From an uncultured virus (IMG/VR IMGVR_UViG_3300000928_001655) (Duplodnaviria > Heunggongvirae > Uroviricota > Caudoviricetes): a stretch of 64,000 nt of DNA. The notes beneath the pieces are model-generated. The model did no database searches. It was not told the origin of the DNA and was given only the letters and a program-made list of their open reading frames with translations. The stretch is taken from the IMG/VR virus record IMGVR_UViG_3300000928_001655; one strand, given 5' to 3'. Of the stretch, positions 56,553 through 64,000 are shown one piece after another. Every line of letters starts with the position of its first letter. Positions within the stretch are counted from its first letter, which is position 1. Made by a program: the position numbers and the translations under genes.

Positions 56553-57188
56553 ATGCAATATTATAAAATGGAACCGACTTACAAAAAGTCAGTAGTTGAA
56601 AACAGTACGTTTATGAAAGCAATCGATGGTGGACATAAAGTAGAAGGTGGTAACACACTATGGGCAACTCTTGAAGTTGGTTGGCGTTGGGGATCATGGG
56701 TAGTCAGTGTCCCAGAGTCTGAAGAAGAAATCATGGACTTTGCCAATAACAAAGTCGGTAGTCTTACAGAAGGTGACAGTCGTTACTACAAAACTATTAG
56801 AGAAGTATACGATGATTATGTGAGTGGCGATGCAACTTTGTTACAACAACAAATTATTGAACTACAATCTGCATTTCTTCCAGACGTTAGTGAAGCGTGT
56901 ACATTCCATGAAGTCGATGACTACGATGCGGAGATGGAGGAAACTTGGGATGGTTGTTGGGAAGACTGGACAATCAATCAGTTCTGTCAACCAGATGCGC
57001 CTGGATATCTTAATGAAGAAGAATTACAAGCATACTTGGAAAACGTAGAAGAAGCTTGGCAATTCGACGCATGGTCTGGACTCGAAAACTTGGACTTCTT
57101 AGAAGAAGGTAATGAATTCGAAATTCACAGTGCTATCACACTGAAACCTTGTGACGAAAACGGACGGGTGGCTGGCGAAGAGGAATAA
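56553..57188 (+). CDS. acidic hypothetical protein
   Basis: Start MQYYKMEP; GWRWGSW, WDGCWEDW. Confidence 0.7.
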   Translation: MQYYKMEPTYKKSVVENSTFMKAIDGGHKVEGGNTLWATLEVGWRWGSWVVSVPESEEEIMDFANNKVGSLTEGDSRYYKTIREVYDDYVSGDATLLQQQIIELQSAFLPDVSEACTFHEVDDYDAEMEETWDGCWEDWTINQFCQPDAPGYLNEEELQAYLENVEEAWQFDAWSGLENLDFLEEGNEFEIHSAITLKPCDENGRVAGEEE

Positions 57189-57191
57189 AGA

Positions 57192-57659
57192 ATGCGAATT
57201 CTAATTTATGGATTGCCAGGATCTGGTAAGTCCACTCTTGCGGCACCGTTGGCGAGACTTGTTAACGGTGTCCACTTAAATGCAGATAGAATACGTGAAG
57301 AATACAACGACTGGGACTTCACCACAGAAGGACGTATGCGTCAAGCGGCACGTATGAAGTATCTTGCTGATGGAGTTGTCAAGGCGGGTAAGACTGTAAT
57401 CGCAGACTTTATCTGTCCTACAGTCGAATCACGTATGTTGTTCAATGCAGATTTCGCAGTGTGGATGGATACTATTCAAGAGGGTAGGTTCGAAGACACT
57501 AATAAGATATTCGAAGTTCCACACATTGATGAGTATGATTACCACGTCTCTAAGTGGTTCAATGATACACATGCTCAACTTGCCCCAGTCCTAGAGAAAT
57601 GGCTCGACTGCAATGCCGAGGGATCTCGTGGGTTGAATTGGGAAATGAATAGGAGATAA
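57192..57659 (+). CDS. adenylyl-sulfate (APS) kinase-like P-loop kinase
   Basis: GLPGSGKST, NADRIR, DWDF..EGR.RQ, ADFICP. Confidence 0.7.
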   Translation: MRILIYGLPGSGKSTLAAPLARLVNGVHLNADRIREEYNDWDFTTEGRMRQAARMKYLADGVVKAGKTVIADFICPTVESRMLFNADFAVWMDTIQEGRFEDTNKIFEVPHIDEYDYHVSKWFNDTHAQLAPVLEKWLDCNAEGSRGLNWEMNRR

Positions 57660-57660
57660 C

Positions 57661-58074
57661 ATGCCTGGCATTTTTAATAAATTCATTCCAACTGTACAAA
57701 TGCTTGGAAGATGGCAACCTTGGCATCCTGGCCATACTGCACTCTTCAAGAAAGCGGTATCGATCACTGGTCAAGTCTGCATTCAGATCCGAACAGTACC
57801 ACGAGACATTGATGCCAGTGGTGGTAGAACCATGATACAGAATGATAATCCATTCAACGCAATGGATGTTGAAAACAACATAATTAAGGAACTTGAAAAA
57901 GAGGGCTTTACATACGGTGAAAAGTATGTTATAATGCAGGTTCCTAACATTGTTGATATTAGTTATGGTCGTGGAGTGGGTTACACATTCACTGAACACG
58001 ATCTTGGTGAAGAAGTTCACGACATCAGTGCAACAAAGATTCGGAAGCAAATGAGAGATGACGGAGAACTATGA
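57661..58074 (+). CDS. HIGH-type nucleotidyltransferase (cytidylyltransferase-like)
   Basis: GRWQPWHPGH, ISATKIR. Confidence 0.75.
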   Translation: MPGIFNKFIPTVQMLGRWQPWHPGHTALFKKAVSITGQVCIQIRTVPRDIDASGGRTMIQNDNPFNAMDVENNIIKELEKEGFTYGEKYVIMQVPNIVDISYGRGVGYTFTEHDLGEEVHDISATKIRKQMRDDGEL

Positions 58075-59139
58075 ATGAAGATTGCTTTAATAACAGATAT
58101 GCACATAGGAGTGCGTGGAGACAGTAAAGTATTTCTGGATAACCAAGAACGGTTCTTCTCAAATGTATTCTTTCCATACTTGGATGAGAACAAGATCGAC
58201 ACTGTGTTCGACTTGGGGGATACCTTTGATAGAAGAAAGTTTATCAACTACAATACATTAAAACGTGGTAAGGAGTTCTATTTTGATGAACTTCAGAAAC
58301 GTAATATAGAATATCATGCACTGGTGGGGAATCACTCAGTGTATTATACAAATACAAATGACATCAACAGTATGGATCTGTTGCTGCGAGAGTACACGAA
58401 CTTTACCCTTTATGAACATGAAGCTGTTGAAGTTACGAAAGGCTCTACCAAATTTCTAATGACACCATGGATCACTAAAGACAACCGTGACACAATCCTT
58501 TCAAAGGTTTCGATGTCGAATGCGGATGTCTTGTTAGGTCACCTTGAAGTAAAAGGTTTTGAGATGATGAGAGGACAAACATGTTCTCATGGTCTTGACA
58601 TGGATATATTTAAATCTTTTGAAAACGTTTATTCTGGACACTTCCACCACCCATCACGGTACTCCAATATTGAATATCTTGGTGCACCTTATGAGATGAC
58701 TTGGTCGGACTATGAAGGTAAACGTGGTTTCCATATCTTTGATACTGAAACAAAAGACTTGACATTCATTGCAAATCCGTATAGAATGTTTCATAAGATC
58801 GATTATGACGACGAAGATATGAGTATCGATGATATTAATAATCTCGACTTGTCTATGTTAGAAGATGCGTACATTAAGGTTATCGTGAAGAATCGCACGA
58901 ATGCGTACATGTATGACTTGTTCATGAACAAACTAGCTGACAGTGGCGCAACAGATATCAAGTCAATTGATGATTCGTTGAACCTCGAAAACGTTGGTGC
59001 AGAAGAGATCTTAGACGAAACTAAAGATACAAAAGAAATATTGTATCAGTACATTGATGGGTTAGACACTCAGGTTGATAAAGTAAAGGTGAAGAGTTTG
59101 ATTAATGAATTATATTTTGAGGCGTTGAATCTTGGATGA
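58075..59139 (+). CDS. 47: recombination nuclease, Mre11/SbcD-like (T4 gp47)
   Basis: TDMHIG, LGDTFD, GNH, SGHFH. Confidence 0.95.
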   Translation: MKIALITDMHIGVRGDSKVFLDNQERFFSNVFFPYLDENKIDTVFDLGDTFDRRKFINYNTLKRGKEFYFDELQKRNIEYHALVGNHSVYYTNTNDINSMDLLLREYTNFTLYEHEAVEVTKGSTKFLMTPWITKDNRDTILSKVSMSNADVLLGHLEVKGFEMMRGQTCSHGLDMDIFKSFENVYSGHFHHPSRYSNIEYLGAPYEMTWSDYEGKRGFHIFDTETKDLTFIANPYRMFHKIDYDDEDMSIDDINNLDLSMLEDAYIKVIVKNRTNAYMYDLFMNKLADSGATDIKSIDDSLNLENVGAEEILDETKDTKEILYQYIDGLDTQVDKVKVKSLINELYFEALNLG

Positions 59140-60848
59140 GAATACAATTTAAGCAGGTTCGCTATAAGAACATACTATCCACTGGTAATGTCTTCACTAA
59201 ACTTGAGTTAGACAGAAATACATCCACTCTGATTAGTGGTACTAATGGTGCAGGTAAGTCTACACTATTAGATGCTATCACGTTTGGACTGTATGGTAAA
59301 CCATTCCGTAAGATCAACAAGGGACAGTTGATGAACTCTATTAACAAGAAAGAATTGTTAGTAGAGATTGACTTTTCTGTTGGTGGGGCGGAGTACACTG
59401 TTCGCAGAGGTATGAAACCAAACCTATTTGAAATCATCAAGAATGGTAAACTCGTTGATCAAGATGCAGCGGTAAAGGATTACCAATCATACTTGGAATC
59501 ATCCATTCTTGGTATCAACTATAAATCGTTCAACCAGATTGTTGTACTTGGTAGTGCAACGTATGTTCCGTTTATGGAACTACCTGCGAGTACTCGTCGT
59601 GATATCATCGAAGATCTACTTGATATCCAAGTGTTCAGTACTATGAACCTTCTTGCGAAGGATCGTATTGTTGAAAACCGTACAGGTCTCACAGAGAACT
59701 CATACCAAACAGAACTGGTAGAACAACGCATTGATAGTGCGAAAGATCATAACGAATCAATTCGAAAGATCCGCAAGGTAGAAGTAGAAAAGATCCGTGA
59801 GAAGATGCAGGTTCATATCGAAAAGATTGAAAGCTGTAAAGATATAATCGAAGGGATTGAAGTACAGATCGATGAGTTGTACGTACAAATCTCTGATAAG
59901 GCAGATGTAGATAAGAAGATTAAAGAAGCAACAGATATACGTAGAGACCTTGGTCAAAACCTACGTAACTTTGTGAAAGACTTGAACTTCTATCACGACA
60001 ACGATAATTGTCCTGTCTGTAAACAAGGGATTGAACATGACTTTAAAGAGACAGTTGTTAAAGAAAAAGAAGACAAGAAAATCAAAATTGAAAGCGGTAT
60101 GGTTGAAATCGATAAACGAATCGAAGAGTACCAAAGAAGATTTGCTGACATCACAGAAGTAGAAAGTCAAGTTCAGAATAAGAACTTGGAAATCAAAGAG
60201 AACCGTAGTGAGATCAGAATTGCAAAGAATGCATTACTATCTTATAAAGGTGATCTTGATAAAGCTGAACAACAGGTTGAGGAAGTAGATACATCTAAAC
60301 TAAAAGGTTTTCAAAACGAATTAAATGGTTTGGTTACAGAACGTACAGATATGTTAGATCATCAGTCAGTACTAGGTGTCCTTTCGAATATATTAAAAGA
60401 CGGTGGTATCAAGGCGAGGATTATCGCACAGTACATTCCTGTAATGAACAAACTTATCAATAAATACTTGGGTGCGTTTGATCTGTTCGTAGACTTCCGA
60501 TTAGATGAGAACTTCAATGAAGTGATCAAGTCTCGTTTCCGTGACACGTTTTCATATGCATCATTCTCAGAAGGTGAGAAACTTCGTATTACATTGTCTA
60601 TCATGCTTGCGTGGCGATCAGTTGCCAAACTGCGTAATAGTGTGAGTACGAACCTACTTCTACTAGATGAGACACTTGACGGTGCAATGGACGGTGCAGG
60701 TATCGATAGTTTGATCGAAACACTGCATAACTTGAATGCAGATGACAATATCTTTGTGATATCTCACAGAGGTGATCAGTTTGGTGATAAGTTTACATCA
60801 CACGTCAAGTTTAACAAAGTCAAGAACTTTAGTGAAATTGCAGCTTGA
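59136..60848 (+). CDS. 46: recombination ATPase, Rad50/SbcC-like (T4 gp46)
   Basis: GTNGAGKS, CPVC zinc hook, FSEGE, LLDE. Confidence 0.95.
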   Translation: MRIQFKQVRYKNILSTGNVFTKLELDRNTSTLISGTNGAGKSTLLDAITFGLYGKPFRKINKGQLMNSINKKELLVEIDFSVGGAEYTVRRGMKPNLFEIIKNGKLVDQDAAVKDYQSYLESSILGINYKSFNQIVVLGSATYVPFMELPASTRRDIIEDLLDIQVFSTMNLLAKDRIVENRTGLTENSYQTELVEQRIDSAKDHNESIRKIRKVEVEKIREKMQVHIEKIESCKDIIEGIEVQIDELYVQISDKADVDKKIKEATDIRRDLGQNLRNFVKDLNFYHDNDNCPVCKQGIEHDFKETVVKEKEDKKIKIESGMVEIDKRIEEYQRRFADITEVESQVQNKNLEIKENRSEIRIAKNALLSYKGDLDKAEQQVEEVDTSKLKGFQNELNGLVTERTDMLDHQSVLGVLSNILKDGGIKARIIAQYIPVMNKLINKYLGAFDLFVDFRLDENFNEVIKSRFRDTFSYASFSEGEKLRITLSIMLAWRSVAKLRNSVSTNLLLLDETLDGAMDGAGIDSLIETLHNLNADDNIFVISHRGDQFGDKFTSHVKFNKVKNFSEIAA

Positions 60849-60871
60849 CAATCTAAGGAGAATGTAGTACA

Positions 60872-61060
60872 ATGTGGGCATTGGTGTTTATATACTTTTA
60901 CGATACCGTTCCATATGTGGAGTTGGTGACTAAACATGACGATATGATTGAGTGCTTCCATGCACGAGAAAAACTCGCTGTTGATGTTGGTAAAGGTGAT
61001 GGACACTTTAAAACAGGACAACAAGCCCTCTGTATAAACCTAGGCGGAACTGAAACCTAA
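60872..61060 (+). CDS. small hypothetical protein
   Basis: 62 aa with AAGGAG RBS. Confidence 0.55.
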   Translation: MWALVFIYFYDTVPYVELVTKHDDMIECFHAREKLAVDVGKGDGHFKTGQQALCINLGGTET

Positions 61061-61072
61061 AGGACGTGCATC

Positions 61073-61357
61073 ATGCAATACTCCGATATATCCTTCAAAC
61101 CAACAAAAGTTCCACGAGGAATACAGGCAAGAATCTCATACGATAGTTATGAACTATCTATCGTACAGAACGAGTGTTCCTATGGAAACGAATTGGGTCT
61201 TTTTGAGATTGCGGTCTACAAAGATAAACAACAAACACCTCTAGAAGGTGTGACAGAAGATGGGGATACTGTAAAAGGGTTCTTGACACAAGACATGATT
61301 TCTGGTATACTTACTAAGATGACAGAGATCACACAAGAATCAGGAGTACAGTTATAG
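61073..61357 (+). CDS. conserved phage hypothetical protein
   Basis: YELSIV..SYG..GLFEIAV, VKGFLT. Confidence 0.7.
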   Translation: MQYSDISFKPTKVPRGIQARISYDSYELSIVQNECSYGNELGLFEIAVYKDKQQTPLEGVTEDGDTVKGFLTQDMISGILTKMTEITQESGVQL

Positions 61358-63894
61358 TGGTAAACTTCTACACAAGCGTAGAACGGTTTGGTCAAAAGAT
61401 ATTGACCAGAGGTTACGAGAACGGTAAACGTTTCTCTCGTAAGGTTCCGTTCAAACCATCTCTATATCTGCAGTCTGCCAAAGGTGAAGGGGACTTCCGT
61501 TCCTTGGAAGGTAACTTCCCTCTCAAGAAGATGACCTTTGACTCCATGCAGGAAGCGAAGACTTTTGTAGAAGATTACAAAGATGTGACCAACTTCAAAG
61601 TCTGTGGTACAACTAACTACGTTGCACAGTACATCCAAGAAACATATCCAGGCGACATTCAGTTCAACGTCGAAGACATCAACATCTTCTCGTTTGATAT
61701 TGAGGTTGACATCAGTGATGGTTATGCAGATATCAATACTGCAGACAAAGAGATCACGTCGATTGCAATCAAGTCTTCTAAGTCTGATACCTACCACTTG
61801 TTGGGACGTAAAGACTACGACAAAGATGCAACGATCACTGGGATCGATCCTGATGACATCCAGTTCATGAAGTTTGATACTGAGAAAGCTTTACTTCTAC
61901 GGTTCATTCAGATCTGGAAGAATGATTTCCCTGATATCGTTACTGGTTGGAACGTTGAGTACTTTGACGTTCAATACATTGTGACACGCATCATTCGTTT
62001 GATGGGTGAGAACACTGCGAAGTCACTTTCACCTTGGGGTAACATCCGTCAATCTTCACGTGAGATGTACGGTAAACCTCAGAGTACTTGGACTATCTCA
62101 GGTGTCTCAGTTGTCGACTACATGGACGCATTCAAAAAGTTCGGATACAAGTACGGTACACAAGAGACGTACAAGTTGGATCACATCGCACACGTTGTGT
62201 TGGGTGAGAAGAAACTTGACTACTCTGAGTATGGTAACCTTACTGGATTGTACGAACAGAACCCCCAACTCTACTTGGACTATAACCTCAAAGACACACA
62301 ACTTATCCAACGCATGGAAGACGAGACTGGACTGATGTCCCTCGTTATGACTATGGCGTATGGTGGTGGTGTTAACTTGCGTGATGCGTTCGGTACTGTG
62401 GGTATCTGGGAGACAACGATCTATCGTCGTCTTCTGAATGACGGTATTGCGCCACCTCTTAAAGATGGTGCAGGTCAACGTGGTGATGAACTGGTTGGTG
62501 GTTACGTGAAAGATCCTAAAGTTGGGATGCACCCTTGGGTGGTGTCCTTTGACTTGAACTCTCTGTATCCACACTTGATGTTGCAGTACAATATGTCACC
62601 AGAGACTTTGGTGAAACAACGGTTGGAGTCTGTGTCTCAGGACATGGTGTTGGAAGGTAATTACCAGAACCCCGATCCATCTGTATCAGTTGCGGCAAAC
62701 GGTGTTTGTTTTTCTAATGAGAAGATTGGTATCATTCCTCAGATCATTGATGAGTACTATGGTCGTCGTTCTGAGATTAAGAAAGAGATGTTGAAGGTCG
62801 AACAGACACTTGAAGATGCGACAGATCCTGCAATGATCAAGAAACTCAAGTCTCAAGTGACGCAACTTCACAACTCGCAGATGTCTATTAAGATCTCTAT
62901 GAACTCGTTGTATGGTGCGACTGCAAACGTTTACTTCCTCTACTACATTATGGAATTCGCAGAAGCGATCACTGTCTCAGGTCAGTTGTCCATTCGTTGG
63001 GCGCAGAAGTCTGTGAACGAGTACTTGAACAAACTGTTGAAGACAGAAGGTGAAGACTACATCGTCTACATCGATACTGACTCTATCTACGTAAACTTCG
63101 GTCCTCTGATTGAAGAGGTGTTCGGTACGGTTGACATCAGTCGTAAACAAGGTGAAGAGTTCCTCGACAAGATCTGTGGAACAAAGATCGAAGCGATCCT
63201 AGACAAGGGTTACCAAGAACTATCTGAGATCATGGGATCTTACCGTCAAGCTATGTTCATGAAACGTGAGAAGATCACTGACAAGTCTGTGTTCATTGCG
63301 AAGAAACGTTACATCATGAATGCACTCAACTCTGAAGGTGTTCACTACGAGACACCTAAGATATCTGTTACTGGTCTCGAATCAGTACGTTCTTCTACTC
63401 CCCAGATTTGTCGTGACAAACTCAAAGATACTTTCAAGGTTATTATGGAAGGTACTGAAGAGAACGTGCAGGACTTCATCGCAGAGTTCAAGGATAAGTT
63501 CTACAAGTTACCACCAGAAGATATTGCGAAGAACTCTGGTACGAATAGTATCGAGTCTTATATGCATCAAGGTGGATATAAGAAGGGTTGTCCTATGCAC
63601 GTGCGTGGATGTATCCTCTTCAATCAATTCCTCAAGTCGAAAGATCTCGACAAGAGATACGAATCGATCCAATCAGGTGACAAGATTAAGTTTGTCTATC
63701 TGAAACAACCGAACCCAGTGAAAGAGAATATGATCTCATTCCCAGGCGTTCTACCACCAGAGTTCGAACTGCAACAGTACATAGATTACGAGAAACAGTT
63801 CGAGAAAGTTTTCCTTGGCCCGATTGAACCAATCCTAGAAGCGATTGGTTGGGTTCCAGAGAAGATAAACACACTAGAAGATTTCTTTGTATAG
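61357..63894 (+). CDS. 43: family B DNA polymerase (T4 gp43)
   Basis: FDIEV, GWNVEYFD, SFDLNSLYP, KISMNSLYG, YIDTDS, KKRY. Confidence 0.97.
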   Translation: MVNFYTSVERFGQKILTRGYENGKRFSRKVPFKPSLYLQSAKGEGDFRSLEGNFPLKKMTFDSMQEAKTFVEDYKDVTNFKVCGTTNYVAQYIQETYPGDIQFNVEDINIFSFDIEVDISDGYADINTADKEITSIAIKSSKSDTYHLLGRKDYDKDATITGIDPDDIQFMKFDTEKALLLRFIQIWKNDFPDIVTGWNVEYFDVQYIVTRIIRLMGENTAKSLSPWGNIRQSSREMYGKPQSTWTISGVSVVDYMDAFKKFGYKYGTQETYKLDHIAHVVLGEKKLDYSEYGNLTGLYEQNPQLYLDYNLKDTQLIQRMEDETGLMSLVMTMAYGGGVNLRDAFGTVGIWETTIYRRLLNDGIAPPLKDGAGQRGDELVGGYVKDPKVGMHPWVVSFDLNSLYPHLMLQYNMSPETLVKQRLESVSQDMVLEGNYQNPDPSVSVAANGVCFSNEKIGIIPQIIDEYYGRRSEIKKEMLKVEQTLEDATDPAMIKKLKSQVTQLHNSQMSIKISMNSLYGATANVYFLYYIMEFAEAITVSGQLSIRWAQKSVNEYLNKLLKTEGEDYIVYIDTDSIYVNFGPLIEEVFGTVDISRKQGEEFLDKICGTKIEAILDKGYQELSEIMGSYRQAMFMKREKITDKSVFIAKKRYIMNALNSEGVHYETPKISVTGLESVRSSTPQICRDKLKDTFKVIMEGTEENVQDFIAEFKDKFYKLPPEDIAKNSGTNSIESYMHQGGYKKGCPMHVRGCILFNQFLKSKDLDKRYESIQSGDKIKFVYLKQPNPVKENMISFPGVLPPEFELQQYIDYEKQFEKVFLGPIEPILEAIGWVPEKINTLEDFFV

Positions 63895-63903
63895 GAGGCA
63901 ACT

Positions 63904-64000
63904 GTGGAAAAGATTGAACGCAGACTAAAACATCTGGAAGATAGTCACTCGCACCAACACAACATAGTAGAAACATTGATTGCTGAGAAAGCACCAGAAT
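63904..64000 (+). CDS. small hypothetical protein, partial (DUF465-like coiled coil?)
   Basis: AGGAGG RBS, GTG start, MEKIERRLKHLEDSH...; runs off the window end. Confidence 0.5.
   Translation, partial: MEKIERRLKHLEDSHSHQHNIVETLIAEKAPE

Noticed and set aside
303..63994. Numerous 60-160 aa antisense or alternate-frame ORFs
   Set aside because: They lie within well-supported genes and lack motifs or RBS; treated as shadow ORFs.
1..64000. CRISPR array, integrase, transposase, intron or intein
   Set aside because: No regularly spaced direct repeats or such motifs seen by eye; gp41, gp43, gp46 and UvsW have ordinary lengths.

Overview
64 kb segment of a large T4-like myophage genome, probably marine, from a scaffold with eight short N gaps. 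T4 core genes occupy both ends. On the minus strand: gp41 helicase, uvsX, gp32, gp59, gp33. On the plus strand: gp3-like, uvsY, uvsW, gp55, gp47, gp46, gp43. The host is most likely an alphaproteobacterium: the phage carries a circularly permuted two-piece tmRNA with tag ANDNFAPSELRLAA, a hemO-pcyX-type bilin pair and two porin-like genes. The most striking feature is a ~33 kb enzyme island (8.4-41.3 kb) of three gene runs, two divergent and one convergent. It encodes five radical SAM cores (some with fused or stand-alone twitch/SPASM domains), a QueC-like ATPase fusion, two carbamoyltransferases, a DegT aminotransferase, glycosyltransferases, methyltransferases, two adenylate-forming enzymes, 2OG-Fe(II) oxygenases, nitroreductase, SDR, AKR, IscA, a Na+/solute symporter and ProX/ProW. 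Both divergent runs begin at T4-type late-promoter-like motifs, and the leftward one opens with virion-like genes. At the divergence point lie the tmRNA and an unidentified structured RNA with its own promoter and terminator. Other content: five tRNAs, a Mom-like gene, three peptidoglycan hydrolases, and an early region of repeated promoter cassettes carrying TGATTC (GANTC) leaders. All product calls come from motif recognition by eye; no database searches were run.
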